Below are positions 9,398-18,322 of a DNA stretch of 19,703 nucleotides, in pieces. The notes under the pieces are model-generated. The model was not told the DNA's origin and made no database searches. It saw nothing but the letters and a program-made list of their open reading frames with translations. The stretch's first letter is position 1. Each line of letters begins with the position of its first letter. The DNA lies in the IMG/VR virus record IMGVR_UViG_2778261252_000009, positions 1 to 19,703 of that record; one strand, 5' to 3'. Position numbers and translations under genes: made by a program. This DNA comes from a virus (Duplodnaviria > Heunggongvirae > Uroviricota > Caudoviricetes).

Positions 9398-9437
9398 GTT
9401 ATGTATACAGTATTGCTTTGGTGTCATAGGAGGAAAG

Positions 9438-9626
9438 ATGCAGGACTATTTTTTGGAGTCTTTGAAGCTCCAGCGCATTGATTTTTTTCTTAAGCTTGTA
9501 GCGGCTAGTGAGTGTAGTGATGAAGAGAAGGGGCTGGCTCTGCAGTGGGTTTCTGAACTGACAGATGAACTCATGGCAAAAATCAGAACCCACGAATACA
9601 ACCGCTCAATGGATGTCATCAGCTGA
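9438..9626 (+). CDS. Small protein downstream of LexA box; possible Tum-like antirepressor component
   Basis: 62-aa ORF with RBS AGGAGG; function inferred from position only. Confidence 0.4.
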   Translation: MQDYFLESLKLQRIDFFLKLVAASECSDEEKGLALQWVSELTDELMAKIRTHEYNRSMDVIS

Positions 9627-9636
9627 GGTGACTTTT

Positions 9637-9870
9637 ATGCGCATTGAAATAATGATCGATAAAGAGCAGAAGATTAGCCAGTCTACACTGGACGCCCTTG
9701 AATCCGAGCTTTACCGCAATCTGCGCCCCCTGTATCCCAAAACGGTAATTCGTATCCGCAAAGGTAGCTCTAACGGTGTGGAACTGACCGGACTGCAACT
9801 GGACGAAGAAAGAAAACAAGTGATGAAAATTATGCAGAAGGTGTGGGAAGACGACAGCTGGCTGCATTAA
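9637..9870 (+). CDS. DinI-family protein
   Basis: 77 aa starting MRIEIMIDKEQ...LDALESELYRNLRPLYP...KIMQKVWEDDSW, resembling E. coli DinI (MRIEVTIAK...). RBS GAGG 8 nt upstream. Confidence 0.7.
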   Translation: MRIEIMIDKEQKISQSTLDALESELYRNLRPLYPKTVIRIRKGSSNGVELTGLQLDEERKQVMKIMQKVWEDDSWLH

Positions 9871-10073
9871 GAAACGTTGCTGGCGTCTGAACTTGCTTCT
9901 GGCGTCAGCAAGGTTGAACAACGAGCTGTGCGAGGCGTTAGCTCTGTGGTGCATGTCTATGCCGCATGAGATCGCATGATCGTTTGAGGATTGTTTTTGC
10001 TAAGGCCTGCCAGAACTGGCGGGCTTTTGCGTAGATCATGCAGGTGCATGAAAACCACTACATAAAGCGGGCA

Positions 10074-10099
10074 GGCGTGGCGGGGATACGAGCGCGCAC
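10074..10099. other. cos-like remnant (possible degenerate cohesive-end site)
   Basis: GGCGTGGCGGGGA matches the first 13 nt of the 186/P2 19-nt cohesive end as I recall it (GGCG[T/A]GGCGGGGAAAGCA[T/C]); the remaining 6 nt differ. Lies in a GC-rich non-coding stretch between the dinI-like gene and the cargo gene. Confidence 0.4.
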
Positions 10100-10218
10100 T
10101 TAAGGATAAATTGAAGTTGATTTAATTTTTCGACATGGATAATCTTAACTACGTATGATTATTGATAAAAAATAAACATAAAAAATTGTAGCGGATCTTA
10201 AAACTTATTAGGATTAGT

Positions 10219-11280
10219 ATGCTTAAAACAAATAAGGTATTTATTGACACACAAACGTACGTAAAGGCTGGTCTTCATTTTGAGGGGGTAGCATTTAAAG
10301 CTTTCCATGAATTATGTGCGAAAGGTGATTTAGTCTTAATTACAACTACAGTTGTAGAGAGAGAAGTAAAAGGTAAAATAGAGGAATCAATAAAGGATGC
10401 TCTGCAGGCTATAAACACAGTACAAAGAAAAGCTAGGCTTTTGAATAGTATTGATAATGGACCGCTCCATGGTTTTTTTCAGCAATTTAACGAACATGAA
10501 ATTCACGAAGCAGCACAAAAAGTTTTTGATGATTTTTTGAAAGGATGTCACGCCAAATTAGCTACAATAGAAGTGATAGATCTTAATGAGGTTTTAGATA
10601 AATACTTTGGCAAAGAACCACCATTTGGGCAAAATAAGAAAAAAAGTGAGTTTCCTGATGCAATCACTTTAGCTGCGGTAGAGCGATTTGTTAATGATGA
10701 AGATGTGTATATCATTTCTGAGGATAGTGACTTAAAAAATTATTGTGATGGTAAAAACAATCTTCATCAAATTGATTCACTTGATAAGTTTCTAGGTGAA
10801 TACAATACGCATACAAACGAATTAAGTAATAAATTGATGCAGTTTATCGAAAGCAAACGTGAAGACATAAGAGCGGACGTAATTGCCCAACTCAATGATG
10901 CCGATGGATATAACGTTTCAACTTGGGAAGACGCTGAATTGGATTCATTTGAAGTCGTCAATATTGATGACTTTGAACCATCAATAATTAAGATTAGCAA
11001 TAATTATTGTCTAGCGACCTTCTCTGTTTCTGTAGATTTTGAAGTTACTGTTTCTGGTCCAGACTTTAATAATGGGTATTGGGATAGCGAAGATAAAGTA
11101 ATGATTCCAATGGAGACAACCACACGAACTGAAGTTCAAGAGATTAGTTTCGATGTTGAAATTGAAGTTATGTATGAAATCGAGGATGGTGAATTAACAG
11201 ATATCGCATTTGATGTGAATATTGATAAGTTATCCCGAGGGATTGAGTTCTCTATTGAAGAAAATAATTTTGAATATTAA
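10219..11280 (+). CDS. Cargo protein with PIN-like N-terminal domain and acidic beta-rich C-terminal domain; candidate anti-phage or abortive-infection effector
   Basis: 353 aa. N-terminus KVFIDTQTY (Asp in first strand), later TLAAVERFVNDEDVYIISEDSDL resembling distal PIN acidic motifs. C-terminal half very D/E rich. Visibly AT-rich, flanked by an AT-rich upstream region and a hairpin terminator. Confidence 0.55.
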   Translation: MLKTNKVFIDTQTYVKAGLHFEGVAFKAFHELCAKGDLVLITTTVVEREVKGKIEESIKDALQAINTVQRKARLLNSIDNGPLHGFFQQFNEHEIHEAAQKVFDDFLKGCHAKLATIEVIDLNEVLDKYFGKEPPFGQNKKKSEFPDAITLAAVERFVNDEDVYIISEDSDLKNYCDGKNNLHQIDSLDKFLGEYNTHTNELSNKLMQFIESKREDIRADVIAQLNDADGYNVSTWEDAELDSFEVVNIDDFEPSIIKISNNYCLATFSVSVDFEVTVSGPDFNNGYWDSEDKVMIPMETTTRTEVQEISFDVEIEVMYEIEDGELTDIAFDVNIDKLSRGIEFSIEENNFEY

Positions 11281-11289
11281 TTCGTTCAT

Positions 11290-11320
11290 AACGGCATCAT
11301 TGTGATGCCGTTGGGTTTTA
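11290..11320 (+). terminator. Hairpin terminator between the convergent cargo gene and Q
   Basis: AACGGCATCA-TTG-TGATGCCGTT (10-bp perfect stem, 3-nt loop) followed by GGGTTTTA. Confidence 0.6.
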
Positions 11321-12343
11321 TAATGTATATATTTCAAAATTTATAATTTCATGACCAAGCCATCTGTTTATTTCCATGAATCTTTTTTGAAGTGGTAATA
11401 GTTCATTTCTTACGAAGACGCAGCTCGCCTTCTCCACATCACCAAAACCCCCAACATTATTCGGCAAAATTCCCATCATCTGAGGCGGTACGCGGTGTGC
11501 CGCCATCATGTCATCACGGCTGACGTTCTTGATGTTCAGAAATTCATCCTTCGCCGCGACTTCTGACAACGGGATGATTTGAAGCCCGTCCTTTTTGCCG
11601 TTAGGCGAGTACATAAACAGGTTGCGGAAGTTGCCAGGGCCTTTGGCGCTTTTCATCGCATTGCGGAGGTTGTTCACATCCTCCTGGTTCTGCGCGGCAT
11701 CGGTCATGTACATGATGAAGCCTGCATGGCTGCCGTTAATGTAATACTTCCGGCGGAACAGCGTGGCGGACTCGTTGAGCAGGGCTGACGGAATGGCAGA
11801 AAGATAACCTGGTAGGCCGTAGATCTCCTGGTTGATGTCAGGTTCCATCAGATGAAAAATGCTGCCTTTCGTGAACTGATACGGCTGGGTTGTCATACCG
11901 TATTGCACAAACCAGTAGGTATCCAGATCTAACCCGCGTCGGGTGTATTTTGCCAGAGCAGGCTCAAGGGCGATAACTTCACCGAAGCGGTTCGTGCGTT
12001 TCTCCAGGTAGGCGTTACCAAATACCAGATAGTCCTGCACAAAACGTGAAAAAGCCTGCTGGCTGAGCAGCGGGTGAGGGATGTAGGTACTGGTCAGAAT
12101 GTTGCATTTCACCGCAATTGGTGAGCTGTGATGCACGGCGGCGCGGAAGGTTCGTGCCAGTCCGTCAAAGCTGACGGGCGGCTCATACCAGCGATCCATC
12201 TGTACGCATTCCACATAGTCCAGCAGTTCACGGCGGTCCAGAACAGGAACGGGATCGCCAAAGCTGAATGCTTCGGCTGAAGTTTGGCTTTTATGCTTGA
12301 GCTGATTCGTCGCCGCAGCGCGGTTTTTCTTACTCTTTCCCAT
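11318..12343 (-). CDS. Q: Portal protein, P2 gpQ family
   Basis: About 341 aa (P2 Q is ~344 aa by my recollection); ATG at 12341-12343 overlaps the stop of the upstream terminase fragment; gene order P then Q as in P2. Confidence 0.85.
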   Translation of the reverse strand: MGKSKKNRAAATNQLKHKSQTSAEAFSFGDPVPVLDRRELLDYVECVQMDRWYEPPVSFDGLARTFRAAVHHSSPIAVKCNILTSTYIPHPLLSQQAFSRFVQDYLVFGNAYLEKRTNRFGEVIALEPALAKYTRRGLDLDTYWFVQYGMTTQPYQFTKGSIFHLMEPDINQEIYGLPGYLSAIPSALLNESATLFRRKYYINGSHAGFIMYMTDAAQNQEDVNNLRNAMKSAKGPGNFRNLFMYSPNGKKDGLQIIPLSEVAAKDEFLNIKNVSRDDMMAAHRVPPQMMGILPNNVGGFGDVEKASCVFVRNELLPLQKRFMEINRWLGHEIINFEIYTL

Positions 12344-13323
12344 CAAAAAATCTCCACAATATTGCTGGTATTGGCGGACTCGCCCTGCAGCGGTTCATTA
12401 AACAGTGCGTGCATTGTTGCCCAGGCCAGATCGGCGTGGCTGGCTTCTTCGCTGCGGCTGGCTTCATAGGTCGGGCGGTTGCCACTGGCGGTGGTGGCGC
12501 GACGGATTGCCATAAATGACTGCGCTATGTCGGTGTGTCCGGCGTCAAACTCCAGACGGCGGTGGCTGATAATGTCGTAGGCCTTGAGTACCAGGGCGTT
12601 TTTGACGTTGGGGTTGTAGACAAACTCCCGGACGGCAGGAAAAAACACTTTCACGTTCTCGTAAACCCCGTGACCAACGCCGGTTGAGTCGATGCCGATA
12701 TAGGTCACGTTGTACTGTTCGGTCAGTTTTTTGATGGCGTCAGCCTGGGCGCGAAAGTCCATCCCGCGCCACTGGTGACGCTCAAGAATGCGGAACTTGC
12801 CGCCCGGCACGGCTGGCGGTGCCACCACCACGCATCCGGCACTGTCGCCGTTCTGCGTACCTTTCGCCGGGTCATAACCGATCCACACTTCGCGCCAGCC
12901 AAACGGGCGCAGTGCCAGTGCATGAAAGTCGGTCCAGACTTCCCAGCTGTCCACCATGCACGCCTGCAGCTCGCTGAGCGGGAACACGGACGCGAGATCG
13001 TCCACGAACTCGCACATCAGCAGGTTCTGGTATTCGTCCGGGCTGTACTCCATGCGCAACTGGTCAAGGTCGAACAGGTTGCAGCCGCCGCGCACCGCAT
13101 CTTCCACGGTGACTATCTGGCGGTATTGCCCGTCTGCGCACAGCAGGCCGGGGGCCAGATTGCTGTGGGACAGGTCGATGTCCACCTTATCGGCTTTGTT
13201 GCGCCCACGGTTGAACAGCGCACCGGACCAGAACGGATACGGCAGCAGTAACTCGAACCAGCAACGCGTTGTCCTGGCTGGCTGGTGCACCACTGGCACT
13301 GCTGCGACGCGGGCTTGCTTCAT
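12343..13323 (-). pseudogene. P: Terminase large subunit (P2 gpP family), N-terminally truncated; only distal ATPase region plus nuclease domain retained
   Basis: 326-aa ORF with no Walker A; contains the RNase-H-like nuclease motif VWIGYDPAKG...D. P2 P is ~590 aa by my recollection. The ORF's 5' end overlaps the tape-measure fragment on the opposite strand. Confidence 0.75.
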
Positions 13324-14513
13324 CGGGCAATGCTGCGGGTTTACTTACTGCGCCGTTGTCGTCTTTGCGCCGCACGGCATCACTGACGGGAAATGTCCTG
13401 AAAACTGTAGCAGGTGCGCCGGTTGCACTTTTGCGGTCTGGATTATCCGGTTTACGTGCTGTTGCTGTGATGTTTATGAATCCTCTGGCGGTACTGCGCG
13501 GTGGACTGACCGCCGCAGGCACGGTGTTGCGAGTACTGGCATCTGGTCCACTGGCGATGCTGCGCGTTGCCCTGTATGCCATATCTGGTCTGTTAGGTGC
13601 TCTGCTCAGTCCGATAGGTCTTGTGGTTACTGCACTGGCAGGCGTGGCGCTGGTTGTCTGGAAATACTGGCAACCCATCACCGCATTTCTCGATGGCGTG
13701 GTGGAGGGATTCAAAGCGGCGGCAGGTCCCATCAGTGCTGCATTTGAACCACTTAAGCCTGTGTTTCAGTGGATTGGCGACAAAGTACAGGCGCTGTGGG
13801 GCTGGTTTACTGATCTGCTGACGCCCGTTAAGTCGACCTCTGCCGAACTGCAGAGCGCAGCGGCAATGGGGCGACGATTCGGGGAGGCACTGGCGGAAGG
13901 GCTGAATATGGTTATGCATCCGCTGGACTCCCTGAAATCTGGCGTTTCCTGGTTGCTGGATAAACTCGGCATTGTCAGTAAAGAGGCTGCAAAGGCGAAA
14001 CTGCCGGAAAGCGTGACGCGTCAGCAACCTGCGACGGTGAATGCAGACGGTAAAGTGATGATGCCATCGGGTGGTTTTCCATCATGGGGATATGGCTTTG
14101 CGGGGATGTATGACAGCGGCGGCTATATCCCGCGCGGGCAGTTTGGCATCGTCGGTGAAAACGGGCCGGAAATTGTTAACGGCCCGGCAAACGTGACCAG
14201 CCGGAGAAATACAGCTGCACTGGCTGCCGTTGTTGCCGGAATGATGGGCGTTGCTGCCGCGCCTGCAGAGCTTCCACCGTTGCATCCTTTGGCACTTCCC
14301 GCGAAAGGCGGCGAAGCGATGGTGAGTCGTGCAGCCACTGTGCCGCCCGTTCAACGGATTGAGGCACCGACGCAGATCATCATTCAGACGCAGCCAGGAC
14401 AAAGTGCGCAGGATATTGCGTGGGAGGTGGCCCGCCAGCTTGATGAACGTGAACGCAGGCTGAAGGCAAAAGCCAGGAGTAACTACAGCGATCAGGGGGG
14501 ATACGACGCATGA
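13269..14513 (+). pseudogene. T: Tail tape measure protein (P2 gpT family), C-terminal fragment
   Basis: 414-aa ORF, Ala/Leu/Gly-rich with GENGPEIV near the C-terminus, followed by U and D as in P2 (T is ~815 aa in P2 by my recollection). The 5' boundary of genuine T sequence is uncertain. Confidence 0.7.
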
Positions 14514-14995
14514 TGATGGTGCTGGGATTGTACGTGTTTATGCTGCGCACCGTGCCGTATCAGGAACTGCAGTATCAACGCAGCTGGCGACATGCGGCTA
14601 ACAGCCGGGTAAATCGTCGTCCGTCCACGCAGTTTCTGGGACCGGACAACGACATGCTGACGCTTTCCGGTGTTCTTATGCCGGAGATAACAGGCGGCAG
14701 GCTGTCGTTGCTGGCACTTGAGCAGATGGCAGAACAGGGGAAAGCATGGCCCCTGATTGAAGGCAGCGGCACGATTTACGGCATGTATGTGATTGAGGGA
14801 CTGAATCAGACTAAAACGGAGTTTTTCCGCGACGGTATGCCGCGCCGGATTGAGTTCACCCTGTCGCTCAAACGAGTGGATGAATCCCTGTCCGATATGT
14901 TCGGTGATCTCAGTGCGCAACTGAATAATCTGCAGGAAACGGCAACATCTGCTTTAAGCGATATCAGTAAAACGGTGGGAGGGCTGCTGTCGTGA
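14510..14995 (+). CDS. U: Tail protein, P2 gpU family
   Basis: 161 aa; start overlaps T stop (ATGA); synteny T-U-D. Confidence 0.8.
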   Translation: MMMVLGLYVFMLRTVPYQELQYQRSWRHAANSRVNRRPSTQFLGPDNDMLTLSGVLMPEITGGRLSLLALEQMAEQGKAWPLIEGSGTIYGMYVIEGLNQTKTEFFRDGMPRRIEFTLSLKRVDESLSDMFGDLSAQLNNLQETATSALSDISKTVGGLLS

Positions 14996-16092
14996 ATTTC
15001 AGCTCTGAGCTGCTTAACAAGGGCAACAAAACTCCCGCATTCAGCATCAGTATTGAGGGCAGGGATATCACTACTGTCCTGGATAATCGCCTGATGAGTC
15101 TGACGTTGACGGACAATAGGGGCTTTGAAGCGGACCAGCTTGATCTGGAGCTGGACGACGCCGACGGAAAAATCGTGCTGCCGCGCCGTGGTGCGGTCAT
15201 TACGCTGGCGCTGGGCTGGAAGGGGCAGCCGCTTTTCCCGAAAGGGGCATTCACGGTGGACGAGATTGAACACACTGGCGCACCGGACCGCCTGACTATC
15301 CGGGCGCGAAGTGCTGATTTTCGGGAAACGCTGAATACCCGCCGTGAAAAATCGTGGCATAAGACCACCGTCGGGGAAGTGGTGAAGGAAATAGCTGCGC
15401 GTCACAAACTGAAGATGGCACTGGGTAAAGACCTGTCGGATAAACCCGTGGATCATATAGACCAGACTAATGAGAGTGACGGCAGTTTTCTGATGCGGCT
15501 GGCGCGACAGTACGGTGCCATCGCGTCGGTGAAAAATGGCAATCTGTTATTCATCCGGCAGGGGCAGGGCAAAAGCGCCACTGGTAAACCACTGCCGGTG
15601 ATCACTATCACACGGAAGGACGGCGACAGTCACCGCTTTACCCTGGCAGATCGCGGAGCTTACACGGGCGTCATTGCCAGCTGGTTGCATACCCGCGAAC
15701 CCGCGAAGAAAGAAAGCACCACGGTGAAGCGTAAGCGCAGGACTAAGAAGCAGAAGAAAGAGCCGGAAGCGAAGCAGGGCGATTACCTGGTGGGTACGGA
15801 TGAAAACGTGCTGGTACTTAATCGCACTTATGCCAACCGGAGCAACGCCGAACGGGCAGCGAAAATGCAGTGGGAACGCCTGCAACGCGGCGTTGCATCA
15901 TTCTCGCTACAACTGGCGGAAGGGCGGGCAGATCTCTACACAGAAATGCCTGTGAAGGTCAGTGGCTTTAAACAGCCGATAGATGATGCGGAATGGACCA
16001 TTACGACTCTGACGCATACCGTCAGCCCGGATAACGGTTTTACGACCAGTCTGGAGCTTGAAGTGAGGATTGATGATTTCGAAATGGAATGA
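14992..16092 (+). CDS. D: Tail protein, P2 gpD family
   Basis: 366 aa, GTG start overlapping U stop (GTGA), RBS GGGAGGG; last gene of the tail operon before ogr. Confidence 0.8.
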   Translation: MNFSSELLNKGNKTPAFSISIEGRDITTVLDNRLMSLTLTDNRGFEADQLDLELDDADGKIVLPRRGAVITLALGWKGQPLFPKGAFTVDEIEHTGAPDRLTIRARSADFRETLNTRREKSWHKTTVGEVVKEIAARHKLKMALGKDLSDKPVDHIDQTNESDGSFLMRLARQYGAIASVKNGNLLFIRQGQGKSATGKPLPVITITRKDGDSHRFTLADRGAYTGVIASWLHTREPAKKESTTVKRKRRTKKQKKEPEAKQGDYLVGTDENVLVLNRTYANRSNAERAAKMQWERLQRGVASFSLQLAEGRADLYTEMPVKVSGFKQPIDDAEWTITTLTHTVSPDNGFTTSLELEVRIDDFEME

Positions 16093-16182
16093 TTCTTCGC
16101 AATGGAGAACTTTTAAGTTTGCAAAATGGAATAATGCGGTATCATTATTGTGAATTTAGCAAAAATGGGGAGAACTCGAAAA

Positions 16183-16401
16183 ATGATGATTTGCCCACTG
16201 TGTGGAAGTGCCGCCCATACTCGCAGCAGTTTTCAGGTATCTTCATTGACCAAAGAGCGTTACAACCAGTGCCAGAACATTAACTGCAGCCATACTTTTG
16301 TTACCCATGAAACTTTTGTTCGTTCGATTGCAACGCCAAAAGAGTCAAATCCGGTTCAGCCGCATCCAATGAAATCAGGACAGGTGGCGCTCTCTCTTTG
16401 A
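16183..16401 (+). CDS. ogr: Ogr/Delta-type zinc-finger late-gene activator
   Basis: 72 aa from ATG 16183 with CPLCGSAAH...CQNINCSHTF, matching the P2 Ogr pattern CPLC...H...C..NC and its 72-aa length. Confidence 0.8.
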   Translation: MMICPLCGSAAHTRSSFQVSSLTKERYNQCQNINCSHTFVTHETFVRSIATPKESNPVQPHPMKSGQVALSL

Positions 16402-16423
16402 CGCTGCCGCCATTTTGTCGCCA
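16402..16423. repeat. Putative attR core (right copy of direct repeat), immediately after the ogr stop
   Basis: CGCTGCCGCCATTTTGTCGCCA, 21 of 22 identical to 19-40. Confidence 0.6.
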
Positions 16424-16481
16424 TCGTTAAAAAACAGTGTTTCTAACATCATGATTTTAAACAGCTTAAATTTCAGGCAAC

Positions 16482-16524
16482 AAAAAACCCATCAACCTTG
16501 AACCGAAATGGCGGGGTTGATGGG
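16482..16524 (-). terminator. Intrinsic terminator of ybjL
   Basis: CCCATCAACC (16488-16497) pairs with GGTTGATGGG (16515-16524) around a 17-nt loop; on the minus strand the hairpin is followed by TTTTTT. Confidence 0.7.
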
Positions 16525-16636
16525 CTCCACAAAATGGGGACATCAAAGAAAAGCAGTGGCACTAATTAAGACTGATGCCCTGCGGAAAAGTTCTGCGGTT
16601 GTGCAAAAAAATTTCATTTTCAGGGCAACTTCAGTT

Positions 16637-18322
16637 TTATCCTAATCCTGGCCATACCATGACGATGATTGTCCCTGCCAGCGTCAGCAGGACGTTGGCG
16701 ATTGCGTAGGTGCCCGCATAGCCCAGCGCAGGGATGTTACTGCGAGCTGTATCACTGATGATCTCCATTGCCGGCGCGCAGGTGCGTGCGCCCATCATTG
16801 CGCCGAACAACAGTGCGCGGTTCATTCGCAATACATAAGCACCGAACAAGAAACAGATAACCACGGGCACAAGACTGACAATTAATCCGGCAATCAACAT
16901 CTGACCGCCAATCGCGCCCAGGCCGTTATTAATACCGCTACCGGCGCTCAGACCAACGCCTGCCATAAACACCATCAAGCCGAACTCTTTCACCATGCTT
17001 AATGCACCTTGCGGAATGTAACCGAAGGTCGGGTGGTTAGCACGCATAAAGCCCAGCATAATTCCGGCGAATAACAACCCGGCAGCGTTCCCCATGCCGA
17101 AACTGAATGTGCTGAACTGGAAGGTGATCATCCCGATCATCAGCCCAATAACAAAGAAGGCGCAGAATGCCAGCAGGTCAGTGACCTGGCTGTGAATCGA
17201 GATAAAGCCGATGCGATCGGCGATGGTTTTTACGCGGCGGGCATCGCCGCTGACTTGTAAAACGTCACCTTTGTTAAGCACGACGTTGTCATCTATCGGC
17301 ATCTCAATCTGGCTACGAATGACGCGGTTAAGGAAGCAACCGTGATCGGTCAACTTCAGTTGTGCGAGACGTTTACCTACAGCGTTATGGTTTTTAACGA
17401 CCACTTCTTCAGTGACGATACGCATGTCGAGAAGGTCACGATCGAAAACTTCTTTACCGTTACGGAAGCTGGGATCGAGTCGGGCATGGGCGTCGGGATA
17501 GCCTACCAACGCTATTTCATCGCCCATTTGTAGCACGGCATCACCGTCTGGATTTGCCAGAATCCCGTTACGTCGAATACGTTCAATGTAGCAGCCGGTT
17601 TGTCGATAAATACCCAGTTCACGCAGATTTTTGCCGTCGGTCCAGGCCACCAGTTCCGGGCCGACGCGATAGGCGCGGATCACCGGTAAATAAACCTTAC
17701 GGTTGGCATCAGTGTCCAGGCCACGTTCGCGGGCGATTTGCTGGGCGCTGGTCTGTAAGTCCTGATGCTGCAATTTCGGCAAGTAACGCGCACCAACAAT
17801 CAAACTCACCAGACCGATTAAATAGGTTAAGGCATACCCGAGGCTCAGATTATCCAGTGCCAGTGAGAGCTGCCTGCTTTCCATGCCGGAATGACGCAGT
17901 GTATCGCCAGCACCGACCAGAACCGGTGTCGACGTCATAGAGCCTGCTAACATACCGGCCGTCAGGCCAATATCCCAGCCAAACAGCTTACCTAACCCTA
18001 AGGCGATCACCAGCGCACTGCCAACCATCACCAGTGCTAACATTAGGTAATTTTTCCCATCGCGAAAAAAAATGGAAAAAAAGTTCGGTCCGGCTTCGAC
18101 CCCGACGCAGAAAATAAACAGCATAAAGCCAAGATTAAGCGCATCGGTGTTAATGCTGAAATGTTGTTGGCCTAATAACAGCGATACGACTAAAACGCCA
18201 ATGGAATTACCCAGTTGGATCGAACCAAGTCGTAACTTTCCGAGACATAGCCCAAGCGCGAGGACCACAAATAATAACAGAATGTAATTCCCATTTAACA
18301 ATTCGGCGACGTTTATATTCAC
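16637..18322 (-). CDS. ybjL: Putative transport protein YbjL (two TrkA-C domains flanked by membrane domains)
   Basis: 561 aa; N-terminus [34 protein letters not shown] matches E. coli YbjL as I recall it. Confidence 0.93.

Larger units (their letters stand above)
19..16423. mobile_element. Defective P2/186-family prophage bounded by 22-bp imperfect direct repeats; structural module largely deleted
   Basis: Direct repeat CGCTGCCGCCA(C/T)TTTGTCGCCA at 19-40 and 16402-16423; phage-type gene content between them; E. coli core genes immediately to the right. Confidence 0.75.

Noticed and set aside
9877-9911. Imperfect inverted repeat TTGCTGGCGTCTGAA...TTCTGGCGTCAGCAA just after the dinI-like stop
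   Set aside because: Three mismatches in a 15-bp stem and no T-run; could be a weak terminator or part of the cos region, but the evidence is too thin for a separate call
12956-14027. Several long ORFs on both strands (12956-13747 plus, 13187-13732 minus, 13593-14027 minus) across the P/T junction
   Set aside because: Alternative frames of the GC-rich terminase and tape-measure fragments; the proteins are low-complexity Arg/Ala/Ser-rich and lack any recognisable motif
14806-15456. 216-aa and 134-aa minus-strand ORFs inside tail gene D
   Set aside because: Antisense to a well-supported gene in conserved T-U-D synteny; no independent signals
17554-17940. 128-aa plus-strand ORF inside ybjL
   Set aside because: Antisense within a core gene I recognise; Arg/Pro-rich translation typical of out-of-frame reading
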